This document shows, piece by piece, positions 39,526-53,854 of a stretch of 64,000 bases of DNA. The notes beneath the pieces were generated by a model. That model did no database searches, was not told where the DNA came from, and was given only the letters and a program-made list of their open reading frames with translations. The position numbers and the translations under genes are program-made. Positions within the stretch are counted from its first letter, which is position 1. The number at the start of each line of letters is the position of its first letter. This stretch comes from Eledone cirrhosa (taxonomy: Eukaryota), in NCBI GenBank assembly GCA_964016885.1, contig OZ024742.1, forward strand, positions 320,602,001 to 320,666,000. The letters are read 5' to 3'.

Positions 39526-40391
39526 GTATATATGTAAATATGTATTTATGTTTGTGTGTATTGATAAGATCAACAGTGACACTCGTCGTCGGAACTGACA
39601 GAGGGCCAATATACATAAGGATGGATTCCTTCTCACTGTAATAAAAGAATGTAGATTGTACCATGTCAATCTCGAAGATATTGTCCATATCAGCAATGGC
39701 CTAAAAATGTCCGTAAGCTGTCACCTTCCAATGAGACCTGGCATTATTTTCAAAACTATTTACAACACCAGCCATGGGAATAATTATCCTGAGTCATACC
39801 AAAGACACTTCAGTACCAGAATGTACCAACATCTTTAAAGATTAGGAATACCGGTGGAACGGTGCAAACAGATGTGACATAGTTCTATGTGTCAGACAGA
39901 GGCGTAACTAGGAAAAATAGCACCTATGGCAAGCAGTGAAATTGTGCCCCTGCCCAGCAATCTATTTTAAACCTAATAATTCATATAAATAGTTTACATA
40001 ACGCTTCTCACCCATGATAATCAAAGACAGATCATACATCTCATTTTCCGACGATATCTTATCTGACTTGAATAGAAAGTGCTCCTAGTTCAAGTGGTGC
40101 CCCGCTCAATTATATATTGTAGAGGTCAGCTGTCCTGCAGATGGGGATGTAACGTCTAAAATGTTGGGGGAAAAAGAGGCTAACTTGGGCTAACTAATAT
40201 TGAACTTACAGCCCTTGTATCCCTGCAACAGATTCTCACATGCACCTATTATCATATGTAATCATATCTAACAGCAGATTTATAAATAAAAGGCTTTGAA
40301 ATGTTGGGGTTTTCAAATAAATACAACAAATACGTCACATTATTCCTCATCGATTAGTTGTACAGTGAAGATTCGCAAGATATTACAAAGA

Positions 40392-40912
40392 CTAGCAGAA
40401 AGATCACCCGATTGGTGGTTTTCTGCTAGCATGTGTAGTGTGTATATTGGTATTATACGCAAGTATATATACATGTAGATATGATATATCAAATAAAATC
40501 ATAATTCAAAATATATACAGAAATTGAAAGAAGACTGCGTTACACTGTCTTATGTAATCAGTAACGTAATCCATGATATATTAAAAAAGACGATATTATA
40601 TATAAACTGCATTAGGAGAAAATTAGTGACAGAAAATTAGTATGTTTATTTAAGTGATCGCCACCGGAAGTGTTGACATCACACACTCTCTCTTTCTATA
40701 TATATGGTAGTTGAAGTGGTGGTGGTGGTGGCAACGATATACCGGAAGTCAATTTTAAATTATTTATTTTTACGAAATTATTTTTATTTACGAAATTTAG
40801 TAGATAAATTATGTAATATTCATTCATTATTTATTCAAAGTAATCCAACTTATTTTACTAACGGGATAAACATAATAATAAACCGTACGCAGTCCCGCAG
40901 ACCTTCCTTAGA
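40392..40912 (-). mobile_element. Hel-A Helitron
   Basis: Same hairpin-CTAG end and body as 2796-3908. Confidence 0.8.
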
Positions 40913-41150
40913 TTCTCCATTTGAGTTTCCTGAAATGAACTTGTATATAGAATCACTTGTCCATATATAGTGTGCGCGCGCACATACACACACATACACA
41001 TACATACATACGTACACACATATATACATAGGCACACACACACACACACTCTTCATACATACGTACATACGTATACACACACTTACATACATACATATAT
41101 ATATATATATACACTTACCACTCCCCCCCTTTCCATACAGATTCAATACC

Positions 41151-41220
<70 letters not shown>

Positions 41221-41834
41221 ACCTGTCCGTAATCCTTTTCTCGCGGGCACTTGGCCAAGCCGGTATGAATTTTTTTTCTCTCTCTCTCGTCTGCGACTTC
41301 ACAGAACTTATGTTTACCGAATTCGCAGACCAGACCCCTTCTTCCTCCCGTTAGACCTGTGCGAAATTCCTTCCTTGCTCACATTTCAACCAGGTTTGAT
41401 GGTCTTTATTCTCTCGTTCACGATTCCACCGAATTTATATTCATAGAAATCTGGGACTTGTTTCTTCTTCATCACTTTCTGCTGCTTAAACCATTTTGTC
41501 TGTTTACCCTAGCGTCCCCTTTATTTACGTGTCCCAACGACTTTTTTTAGCCGTTGCTCGCACCAACCTGAGGTATATGGCCTTTAATGCGACGAAATGC
41601 CTACGACGGTTGGAAGGCCACTGATGAGGACAAACTTTTTCATATGTAACCCATTTGCAGCGCCGCAGCTCCATTATTATCATATTTACACACATATATA
41701 TATATATATATATATACATACATGAATAAAAGAGCGAATGAGAGTGTGATAGTGAGTGAAAACATAGATTGAAGAGATAGTTCAACAAAACAAGTTATAC
41801 ATCTCTCATAACATAAGCAAATACAACAGATACG

Positions 41835-41876
<42 letters not shown>

Positions 41877-42407
41877 GTATATATGTGTATGTATGTATGT
41901 ATATATATATGTATGTGTGTGTATGTATGTGTGTATGTATGTGTGAGTGTGTACGTATGTAAGTATATATATATATGTATGTATGTGTGTATGTATGTAG
42001 GTGAAAGGAGAGAAAAGAATGTGTAAGAGGAGAAGATAAAGATAAAAAGATAGTGTCGGTGTAGGCCACAGAAAAATGGATGGTGGGACTGTCAACGAGT
42101 GTATATTAGTTTCATATAATTGACATGCCACCCCATTCTACCACATTTACATACACACGATCAGATTTATATACGAACAGATATTTACATATGTAGATGT
42201 AGATATATATATATACAGATATATGGATAGATAAATATACTAAGCACACACACATACACTCACACACACACACGCGCATACACACACACACATACACTTT
42301 CACACAAAAAAAAACACATACACACGTACACATAGTAGAAGCTGCTTATAATTCCGGATAATGTTATCAAACGGTCATCTCTTTCCCTGTCTGTCTGTCT
42401 GTCTGTC

Positions 42408-42577
<170 letters not shown>

Positions 42578-42685
42578 TTAATCTGTTATTTTAATAAATA
42601 TTTGCTCTACGGTTCTTATATATTTGATATATATTTATCTTTATCGAGCCCTCTTTGGATTTTAGTCTTCAAATTTATTATTATT

Positions 42686-42738
<53 letters not shown>

Positions 42739-43229
42739 GGGAAAGTATTTTTTACCTATAGAAAATGTAATGTTTTACCTTACAAATTTTTAAATAACTT
42801 CAAAATAACCAATTTTTTACAGGAAAATTTATGTTGCTATTTTTTCGTATTTGATGTATTTAATGTATTATATTGTTTTTACGTAATGAATAAATTCAGT
42901 TTGCTATTAGACCTTAAATTATCTCCTTTGTAAAGTGAAATTTAAGAAATTTATTCACTAGCTATTTTTAGGTAGAACATTTTGCCCCTGAGAAAGATTT
43001 TCACATTTTTCTAACGAAAAGATCTTTCCCTTTGACCGCCTGGAAATCCATGGATTCAATTCAGAAATCACCAAGTTCGACTACGCGAGATTACAGCGCT
43101 ATTACTGAATGGTATATGAACACTTACGTTACTTTATTTTATTTTTCCAAATATAATTCATTAGTAGAGAAAAGCAACGACGAATGACATGATGCTGAAT
43201 GAAAACAAAAGCAATATATACAAACACAC

Positions 43230-44270
43230 ACACACCGACCACAACTAAATATGGAATGATACGCGATGGGGCTCAGCCACAGCCCAGGCGGTCAGAATGG
43301 AGAAGGCGTTTTCCCGGAGGACAGCAAGAGAGTCGCGCTGGAAAAGCCACTCCAACTCGCGGGGCTCACACGTGCGGCTGGCCAGCTCAGCGCCTATAGT
43401 GGTGAGTAGGGAGGTTCCTAGGGCTAAGGACACCAGAAGTCTCCACTGCCAGGGGTACAACTGCAAACCTGTCGGAGAGCGACCGGTTTTTGAGGAGTTT
43501 AGCCTCCTCAGCCCGACGTGCAACAGAACCCGGGTTAATCGCAGATTGCGGCTGCAGAAAGTATCGGTGCAGGTGGAATCCCAGACGAGAGGTTTACCAC
43601 CGCGGAATGAGAAGATGGTCATACCATCTGGCCTTTGGCCGTCCCCTCGGTCCAGCCCCACCGGCTCGAGCTGGGAAGGGAAGCCTGCAGCGTCCAAACC
43701 ATGCTTTATGATCTCGTTGAGGACAGCATGGCGTGGAAGGCGGCCGGCACTGTGGCGACAGGAAAGCGGGTGGAAGCCTAAAGGGTCCACGGTGGATCCG
43801 CAGCGACATTGATGTGGCTCGCAGATCCGGAGGCCGAGCCTCAAGGAAACGCGAATGCGCAGGCTATTATTGTCTACCTGCGTGCCAGTGGAGAAGGAGG
43901 GCAGGGTATGGAGCCAGGCACCACTGTGGGGTTTGGAGGCCGCACGAAAACAGGCAAGGTGCTGCTGGTCGAGCTGGCGCGTGAGCCTGTCTGAGGTCAG
44001 GCTGCACTGGATGGCATCCCAAGTGCTTTGGGGGGACTTGTCGTCAACAGGGGGAGAAGGAGGAGAGACGTCTACTTGGCTGAGTCCCAGCCGGTCCTAC
44101 GTCTCACAGGCGGCCTCACGTTCTCTGAACACAGAGGGTTCTATTGTGTTTTGGAGAACCCTGCTGACGAGGACGCGGTACGAGGTTACCGACGAAAGAT
44201 ACGCCGGCAAAGCCAGTGAGATCGGTGACCGGAAGTCAATACCGCCATACCTAACAGGTAAAGTAGCCTA
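43230..44270 (-). pseudogene. CRE-clade-like non-LTR retrotransposon 3' part (zinc knuckle + restriction-like endonuclease)
   Basis: ATLPVRYGG...SGAWLHTLPS...LRLG...CRCG...HPLSC...RH..LN...RPDG...LVWDSTCTDT, with one TAG and downstream frameshifts; a GC-rich island. Confidence 0.85.
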
Positions 44271-44333
44271 AACTTGACTGAAACTTCTATCTAAAAATAA
44301 CTGGTGAATGCATTTCTTAAATTTGTGGTGCAA

Positions 44334-44520
44334 ATAATTGTTTCTACTTTTGGCACAAGGGCAGCAATTACTCCAGTGTATTTCTGGTACTTTATTTTAT
44401 CGACCCCGTAAGGATGAAAGGCAAAGTTAACCTCAGCGGGATTTGAACTCAGACCATAAAGGGCCGTAACTCTTTGCTGCAAAGCATGGTGTCAGACCCT
44501 CTACCGATACTGCCAATCCA
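44334..44520 (-). mobile_element. tRNA-derived SINE
   Basis: Same family as 11869-12056. Confidence 0.85.
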
Positions 44521-44701
44521 ACTTGGATATTGTTTATTATTCCAGACAGAGGGTAGACGACTCTGGGATACTTTAATAATTATTCAAATCCATTATTGGG
44601 AAATGAACAATGCCATGATTTTACAGGAATGTAAATTGTATCTCGTGTATTTGATGTTAATCATTTTAACTCTCTTCTACTAACATTCAATACACTTGGG
44701 T

Positions 44702-44841
44702 AGGTGGCGAATTGGCAGAGTCGCTAGAACGTCGGATAGAATACTTTATGGCATTCATTCCGGCTCTCTGCCCTCTGAGTTCAAATCCCGCCGAGGTCAA
44801 CTTTGCTTTTCATTCTTTCGAGGTCGATAAAAAAAGTACCA
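44702..44841 (+). mobile_element. tRNA-derived SINE, diverged subfamily
   Basis: ggcgaattggcagagtcg...gagttcaaatcccgccgaggtcaactttgcttttcattc...gtcgataaaa. Confidence 0.8.
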
Positions 44842-45098
44842 ACTTTGATTCTTCCTCTCTCTGGAAGAAATCTACTGTACTTAGGCGTAGAGAGCAATGG
44901 GCTCCGCCAGGCTTAAAATGTCCCAGAAACGCCGTATATCAACACGGCGTTCCTACGACTCTATCAGGAGTTACGGGACCATACATACACTTGGGTAGTT
45001 AATAACTATGTTTTCTCGTTAATTACAAATATGACAAAATGTTTAGTAGATTAAAGTTCGATAATGACATCACATTGGATGCTTTACAGGATTTAACC

Positions 45099-45254
45099 CA
45101 GAGTGGGATTTACGTATAAGCTAAACAAGCTATAGCTTAGGGCCCCCACACAAAAAACAGCGACAATTTGTCGCTGACATAGGACATCTGGACATATAAT
45201 GGGCTCCATTATTTCAAATAGCTTAGGGCCTCATCAAATCTAAATCCGGCCCTG
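45099..45254. mobile_element. hAT-like MITE with 8-bp TSD
   Basis: Terminal inverted repeats cagagtgggattta / taaatccggccctg; TSD atttaacc / atttagcc. Confidence 0.75.
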
Positions 45255-45448
45255 ATTTAGCCAGTACTCTACTGTCCGAAAAAAGCTTTCATTTTATTTA
45301 CAATGGTACACACTTTGATTTTTCTTTTCACTTTGAAAGTCTTCTAAGTTTCACTTTCATAAATCCCTAGAAATGAAGAACAACTGTTTATTTGTACATT
45401 TTTATTAAAACACACACACACACCACACACATACACACAGACACACAG

Positions 45449-45556
<108 letters not shown>

Positions 45557-45609
45557 CGAATGTATATTCAGACTCTTTTGATCTGTGTATTTAACAATCT
45601 AAAACAACT

Positions 45610-46090
45610 TTGGTACTGTAATGCGCCAGCTTCAGCATTTGGTACTCAGAAAAAGGGAGGTAGGTGTAAAAGCCAAACTCACTATCTTCAATTCGGTATT
45701 TGTGCCAACCCTTACCTATGGTCATGAATCTTCGATATAACCGAAAGAATACTATTGCGAACACAAGCGGCTACAAAGGGGTTCCTCCGACGAGTCTTTG
45801 GAGTAACCTTACACGATTGAATGCATAGCTCGGAGATCAGGGACTCGCTTCAGGTAGAATCGCTACCAGGAAAGAATTGCTGGATAGATTTTACGGGCAA
45901 AACCAATTGGCAGAAGACCCAGCAGAAGACGACTAGCAAGATGGTTGGATAATATCCATGAGCTTGGCTAGTCTCGCATGGGGATCGAGTTCGATCGGTT
46001 GGAGACGGTTGCTTCTGACAGGACCCACTGGAAGAAGTGTTTGAGGACTCTGTCCCAACAACCTTCGCAGGAGTAAGTGGGCGAAGAAGA
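45610..46090 (+). pseudogene. RTE-clade LINE 3' fragment
   Basis: KAKLTIFNSVFVPTLTYGHES...GFLRRVFGVTLHD...GRRP....RWLDNI...ASDRTHWK, with stops and frameshifts. Confidence 0.8.
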
Positions 46091-46839
46091 TATATATATG
46101 TGTGTGTGTGCGCGTGCGCGCGCGCGCGCGTGGGTATATAGGTTGTGTGCCTGTGTGTGTATCTCTATGTGTGGGTAAGTGTATGTATGCATGCGTATGT
46201 ATGTCTGTGTATGTATGTGTGAGTATTTGTATATGTATGTATGTGTGTCTGAACTCCCATCAGCCACCATCCATGGTTCACGCCAGTCGTTCGTTACAGA
46301 CGTGCTGTTGTCTCGCGCTGACCTAGTGTGAAAATACCACCATAGCATTACGAAGTGGCGAGGGCACGCACGCACACACACACACACACACACACTCACA
46401 CACACACACATTCACATATATACACTCACACACATATACTTACAAACACACACTCAGTGCCTTTAATCAAACTTCATACAGGTCGCCGCTATTCCAGTGG
46501 TTACATTAGATAATATAATTCTAGAACACCCCACCGTCACCAAAAGTAAAGACAGGATGGTCACAAATGGAATGCGGGTGATGAAAGGTTGGCTTATTCT
46601 GGGATAACCTAGGGTTAGACAACAACAATTATTAACATATTTATAACACCTAACATAACAAGAACCACAACATCACCACCACCTTCGCCGCCATCAACAG
46701 CAGCAACATGACGACGTCATCAACTCTACTGCTACAATTACGCCTACACCACCATCAACACCACCACCACGTTATGAACCCCTCAGTTACTATTACTCCA
46801 CGCCACGACAACCACAAGTAACTCCTCCTTCTCTTCCTA

Positions 46840-47390
46840 AACACCGCCCACCATCACCGCCACCACCACCACCACCGACACCAACAGCATCAGCAGCAGC
46901 AGCAACACCACTACTACCACCAGCACCAGCACCAGCACCAACACCAGCAGCACCACCTCCACCTTCACCACCTTCATCACCACCACCACAACCACCACTA
47001 CCACCACCACCACCACCACCAACAACAACAACACTACAACCACCACCACCACTACAACCACCACCACCACAACTACCACCACAACCATCACCACCACCAT
47101 AACCACCACCACTACAACCAACACTACCACCATCACCACCATCAACACTACAACCACCACCACCACAACCACCACCACAACAACCATCACCACCACCACC
47201 GCCACCACTACCACTACCACCACCAACACCACCACCACCACCACCGCCACCACTACCACTACCACCATAACCATCACCAGCACCACCAGCACCACCACCA
47301 CCAGCACCACCACCACTACCACCACCACCACCGCCACCGCCACCGCCACCATTACCACTACCGCCAAGGCCACCACCACCACCAACACTG
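46840..47390. repeat. Cryptic (CAC)n tract
   Basis: Directly visible. Confidence 0.9.
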
Positions 47391-48013
47391 TAACTTTAAC
47401 GCCTTTTCCTTTCAATCTCATATTACACCAAGATATAAAAACGTTTGTTCTTTTCTATCTTGATTGTTTTTAATGTTTTATATATATTTTATTTTACACA
47501 CACATACACACAACCACATACACGCACTAACACAAACACACATATATATGTATATAAGTATACATATTTAATCGGATGACTGTTTATTTATTGTCAATAT
47601 ATATATATATATATATATTAGTTGAATTACCCGGCGTTGCCCGGGTTACTGCTGTTCTTATTCAGATTAGTAAACGATAAATACGAAGACATGTTTTTTC
47701 TCATAATTATTTCAAAATAAGTATATTTTATATCAAAATTGTGATAATAATAGAATTTAGAAAAGTGTAATTTTTTGTTGGTGTCCAAATGAACAAATTG
47801 TTGCTATACACACACATACACTCTCAGATACACTCACATACATATACTAAGACAGGCACACACATACATACATTCACGTAGACACACGCATAGCTTTTTA
47901 CCTAATTTTTGATACGATGAAAATTCAGAACCGACAATTACGTTGGAGGTGTTGGTATTCACGGAGTACTGCAATTCACATCAGTTCACATGGTTAGTCG
48001 TTCTTCATTGATG

Positions 48014-48090
48014 GTCCAGTTGAGTGATCCCCTGTCCAGTTGAGTGATCCCCTGTCCAGTTGAGTGATCCCCTGTCCAGTGAGATCCCCC
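48014..48090. repeat. 20-bp tandem repeat (gtccagttgagtgatcccct, about 3.7 copies)
   Basis: Directly visible. Confidence 0.9.
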
Positions 48091-48588
48091 TGCAAATTGG
48101 CAGAGTCGTTACAATGTCCGATTAACTAACTCGATAATTTGTTCCGGCTTTCTGCGCTCTTTGATTTCAGATATCGCCAGATCAACTTTGCCTTTCACGC
48201 TTTCGGGACAACTAAATGAAGTAGCAGTCCACGGTGCGGATGGATTGGTAGAAATGTGGTGTCTGTTCCGGTGCTCTACATTCCGACTTCAAATCTCGTA
48301 TCCTCCCACCGAAAAGGCAGTGACGCTTCTGACAGGAGGTGTGACCAACAGACTGTATTGACAATACAAAGATTAATAGAAATAGTTTCCTTGATCCGAT
48401 CTTAGTATCGGCTTCTTTCTTCTCTCCTTCTTTACTTTCAATGCAATAGTAAATTGAAAAGCAAAACAAAACCCTTCACATAGAAAAGGGCGAAGTTACC
48501 ATTAGGCTAACTAGGCGACGGTCGCTTTGGGTGCAGACCTAGGGGTGAGGGAATTACTGAATCTTAAGGAATAATTAAATTATACATA

Positions 48589-48782
48589 CAGACCTGTCAA
48601 ATCTCCCCGTCCGACAAGGAGATCTCCCACTCACTTTGGAGTAGGTGAGACATGTCTTCTCTTGTGAAAATAGGTATAGCTTTCATTTTGTAAAATCTCC
48701 CCATTTTGTCTCATTTCTCCCCATTTTGAGGCACTTCGTTTCATGGTACTCTCCTTTCGGTTTTTAGAAGTTGGCAGGTCTG
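48589..48782. mobile_element. MITE (probably hAT)
   Basis: Terminal inverted repeats cagacctgtcaa / ttggcaggtctg; possible degenerate 8-bp TSD. Confidence 0.6.
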
Positions 48783-49371
48783 TTTATATAATACTTCCCT
48801 GCGAACAATAAATAAATGGCTAAACACATTTGCTACGTAGCAGTGTTGTGGAAACACTAAAAATGGGTGGAAATGGTAGTAGAATGCAACATAATTTAAC
48901 ATGGATGAATCTGGACGGTGTTGTAGAAAATGCAGGCCTAGTAATTTCCTTAGTGTGCTCAAAACTAGGTACATCAGTTCATACCTGTACGTACCCCAGA
49001 CACACAGTATTACAGTGAAGGTACATAATAAAATTAAGACTATTGAAACAGCAACAACAACACTACTATCTAACATTACCACATTGCCAGCAATTTTGGG
49101 CAAGAGGGAAGTCAATGAGATTGAAACTTATACTTGTGTGGTACTTTATTTTATCGACAGCATTTGGCTTATGTCAGATGTAGTGAGTCAGGATGGACCA
49201 GCAGTACCGTTGGTAGGTCTCAAAACTGCCTATGTCCACCCCCAACCACAGATAACCATGGAGTTATGTCTTTCGTTTGTATATTTATTTCTAAAAATAT
49301 TTTTTTAAGGTTTCCCCTTCTCCTTTCTTTGTTAATTTTCTTAAATATATATATTATATATATATATATAT

Positions 49372-49419
<48 letters not shown>

Positions 49420-49442
49420 CTTCTCTCTCTCTCTCTCTCCCC

Positions 49443-49493
<51 letters not shown>

Positions 49494-49663
49494 ATCAACT
49501 AGCAGTGGATATGGCGTATGTCTCTCAGACATGACAACCCTTAATTTAATTTTGGTATATATATTATATTATATAGTTGAGTCACTCTCTCTCTCTCTCG
49601 TATACATATATACGAGAGAGAGAGAGAGTGACTCAATATATATATATATATTATAAGAAAAAA

Positions 49664-49856
49664 GTATGACCCCGACGGCAGAGCTCAAGCCGTTTCGACG
49701 GCTATTTCTGGACGCAGAGTCTAGAAATACCGTCGAAACGGCTTGAGCTCTGCCGTCGGGGGTCATACCTTTTCCTATTTCCCACTCTACTACCCTAAGT
49801 ATTGAGTACTCTGGTGTGTTATGGTCCATCTGGTTCTGACCACAATTCCTTTGTTA
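49664..49856. mobile_element. Fold-back repeat with HHR 3' halves (family H11)
   Basis: GAAA-cggc ttgagctct gccg-TC-gggg on both arms; relatives at 14372-14480, 35297-35450 and 36955-37117. Confidence 0.65.
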
Positions 49857-49887
49857 TATATATACATATAATATACATATATATATG

Positions 49888-49919
<32 letters not shown>

Positions 49920-50431
49920 TGTATGTATGTATGTATGTATGTATGTATGTATGTATGTATGTGTGTGTGTGTGTGTATGCCTGTGCCGTTGATGTGCGTG
50001 TGTATGTATACATACCTGCAGAAACTATTTATCTAAAAGAAACAATGGAGAAAATCTATCTACCTATACATCACATACACTCAGATAGGACAACGCACGT
50101 ACACATACTCATACACACATACACACACACATATATATAGTTTTGTATGTATATATGTATCTGTGTATATATGTATATGTGTATGTATGTAGACATATTT
50201 ATGTATATGTAATTCTGGTGGACATTAACACCATCGAAGTGTTCTCATGAAATTGAAGTTTCTAAAATGTTTTAAGACATAACAAAGGCAATACGTACAG
50301 AGAGAGAGAGAGAGAAGGCGATCGAGAGAGAGAGAGAGAGGGAGAGAGAGAGAGAGAGGAGAGAAGAGATGAGAGAGAGAGAGAAGAGACTGAGAGAGAG
50401 AGAGTGAGAGCGAGAGCGAGAGCGAGCGAGC

Positions 50432-50492
<61 letters not shown>

Positions 50493-50678
50493 AGATAAAA
50501 GAGCTACACCACAAAGGAAAAATAATTATAAAGGGTTGAAGATGCCGGAGTCGGGTTCTAACTACCAAAGGTGACCCTGAACCAATCATCTGCGAAACGT
50601 GTGTAACATTTTGATACACAATAAAAACTTAAATACATGTAAATGAACGTCATGGTTTTTCATATATATATATTATAT

Positions 50679-50734
<56 letters not shown>

Positions 50735-51223
50735 CGTAAATAATAAAATTATAAAATTAACTTACTTACTAAAATATCACTTCCAACTAATTAGTTTCTG
50801 AAATGGAATAAATATACTTTCCGAAGAAAGCATAGAGAATCATTTCGTCGTCAGGAAGACTATTCTCAGCTAAGTATCCAGGCAAAGCGTGGACTCTGGA
50901 AACTTATTCAAAAATAATTCAGTGGATAGAAAATAGCAAAGCGTGGACTGAATTCTAGCCATTGAGAAAATCACTGCCTACTGCGTCGGTGGCAAATTCA
51001 AAAAGAATCAATCACGGACATCGAGGTCAATCAGTGGAAAGTGGTTTGTTAATAAGACAGCGGCCTGCCTGCTACCATAGCAGCAGTCTTGGCCAATATT
51101 GCTCGACAAATAATTTGGAGATAATTATGAAGAATTAATATCTAGTAACATATATATACATACAGATGCATATCAATGCTAGCAAATATATATATATATA
51201 TATATATGTAATATTTATGTATG

Positions 51224-51266
<43 letters not shown>

Positions 51267-51270
<4 letters not shown>

Positions 51271-51716
51271 GCAAAGGAGCTCTTAAGAGTCAATGCCCAT
51301 CCAAAATCACCGGGAGAGATGACCCCTTAGCCTTTGTCAAGGAAGAATTCTAGAAGAAGGAAAACTCTTATATAACACCTGCAACCCTGATGGTATCCAA
51401 TGATGTTGACTTGTTCTTCTTTTTGGTAAATATCATCTTGGTTAAGAGAGTGGGACTGGCTTTGTGCAGTGCCTTTGCTCACTATAAAAGCTTCACGACA
51501 CAGGCATTGCTTTATATCTGGAGATCTCTCTGCACTTGTCATCACATGGTACCATGGGCCCAGCACTATGTGTCAATAATTGTCACAAGTGTAGTGTTTG
51601 TACCAGAGTTTTCAAGTCGCTGGCTGGACTAAAAAGTCACTCGTTCAGCGCATCGGTAGGGGTTCTCCTACATGTATATAAAGTAGTGGCCGTACTCGAA
51701 AACGAGTTGGCAGCCA

Positions 51717-51720
<4 letters not shown>
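51267..51720 (+). mobile_element. Second copy of the RTE-related non-autonomous element
   Basis: Near-identical to 16832-17287. Confidence 0.8.
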
Positions 51721-51765
<45 letters not shown>

Positions 51766-51975
51766 TATATATATATAAATATATATATATATATGTGTAT
51801 ATATATATATGTGTGTGTGTATGTATAGATACATATATACGTATGTATATATATGTATATATATATATATCAATATCTGACTTTTCTTCTCTTTTCCCTT
51901 CACTATCCAAGAAAAACTAGAACCGTTAAGGTATCTTTTCTTGGTTATGTCAAAATTTATAAAACAAACTTTGTA

Positions 51976-52032
51976 TTTTATCTGATGAAAGCGTACCAAA
52001 GTTTTGGTATCCTTGAAATATATATAATAAAA
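51976..52032 (+). ncRNA. Type I hammerhead ribozyme (H3)
   Basis: ttttat-CTGATGA-aagcgtaccaaagttttggtatcctt-GAAA-(ta)n-TA-ataaaa. Confidence 0.85.
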
Positions 52033-52072
52033 TAAATATGGTTTTATAAATATAGTTTCCATTTATTAATAT

Positions 52073-52122
<50 letters not shown>

Positions 52123-52690
52123 TAACAGATTAAAGTTTCGCCTCTGGATTTTAGTCTTCACATTTATTATTACTACTATATATATATATATATATATACA
52201 CATAAATACATATACATATATACATATATACATATATACATATATACGTTTATACATATATATACATACTATATGTGTGTATGTGTGTATATGAATGTCA
52301 CAGATACACATACAAAAATATATACATGCAAAGTACTATAGTTATTAAGAAAACGAAACCGGAGACACAACCTTCTATATGCGTGTGTATGTATGTGTAT
52401 GTATGTGTATGTATGCATGCCTTTATGAGAGTTTACCTGCGTCTATATGTGTGCGTGAGTGTATGAACATTGCCGTGAATCCTCTCCATGTACACAACAC
52501 ACAAACACCAACACAGTTTTATTACCGTCTAGAACACAACAATGGAACACTGTCAATTGACTGAAGGTCGGCAACTCACATAATTCTTTTCTTTCCTCCT
52601 TTATATCTTTCCTTTTCTTTGGGTACTCTTGAAATATGGAAAGCAATAAAGCAGAATGTATATTGATGTATTAGTATGTATATGTATTAG

Positions 52691-52822
<132 letters not shown>

Positions 52823-53258
52823 GGGTAAACAGAAATAACAACACAATCGGTACAGTATAGGTAAGCAATATATTAGTTTAACGCTTCAAATAGTAGGAAG
52901 AGGGTCTTAACGTTTCGGATGCTAGTCCTTAATCAGAAGAAAGAATGAGAAATTAGAAAGATTGAAAGGACGGGCAGAGCGGTATCGGAAAAAGATGTTT
53001 TTAGAGAAAAATAAAAGGTCCATTGATGATGCATCTCTTGGAAATCTGTTAATGCTGGCGTTTTGTGTATGATATATATATATATATAGGGAGTGTAAAG
53101 TGTAGTTACTGTAGATTCACCCGAGTGAGCACTCGATGCGTAGTTTTCAGTCTGTAAAGAGATGTAGAATTAAGCAGAGTATAATGATAATAATAACAGG
53201 ATTATTACGAAACGCTCGTGACTACTCAATAAACGTAGTGAAAACATAACAAATCGTC

Positions 53259-53294
53259 CTTTCTGATGACGGACTAGCGTCCGAAACGTCAAGA
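53259..53294 (+). ncRNA. Minimal hammerhead (H5) with GUC site; divergent partner 52905-52940(-) has core CTGATTA
   Basis: cttt-CTGATGA-c ggac tagc gtcc-GAA-ACGT-C-aaga. Confidence 0.75.
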
Positions 53295-53376
53295 CCTTCT
53301 TCCTGCTATTTCAAGCGATAACCTAACATATTCCTTTCATATACTGTACCGATTGTGTTATTATGTCTGTTTACCT

Positions 53377-53408
<32 letters not shown>

Positions 53409-53854
53409 CATACATACATACATACATACATACATACATACATGTGTGAGTGTGTGTATGCACACACACACGTGCACACACACACAAAATACATTTCTTA
53501 TCTCAGTCATGTTGGTATGATAAAAAGATCGTTTTCCTGTCACAATGACCTTGGTTCAAATCCTACATTTGTCCCTGTAAATAGTTATTTCTCCAAAGCT
53601 ACTCAAATATTTTAATCCTGTATGTCACTCGTACATATATGCTGAACATTACATTATCAAAATAGCATTTTTGATTTAAACTTCTACGTATCAGTGAGCA
53701 ATATAAACTATAGGGTTTCTCCTATCAAAACGCTAATTTACTAGTTTGTATGATTGTTCATATATCCGGATAATCCAGTTATATATGACATACCAATCAT
53801 GGACTTTCAATACTATTACTGTCATAATTGACGGCACGGGACCACTACTGTAAT

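Noticed and set aside
39560-39900. Unique-looking sequence as a host exon
   Set aside because: No long ORF, recognisable domain or clear splice pair.
41560-41650. CTGATGA with a nearby GAAA as a hammerhead
   Set aside because: I could not build consistent stems I-III in any topology.
43297-44271. Plus-strand ORFs over the CRE fragment
   Set aside because: Antisense shadows of the minus-strand coding frame.
48014-48090. CRISPR-like array
   Set aside because: Contiguous tandem repeat with no spacers, in a eukaryotic context.
50840-50875. CTGAGAA...GAAA on the minus strand
   Set aside because: C3-A8 mismatch and no supporting stems I or III.
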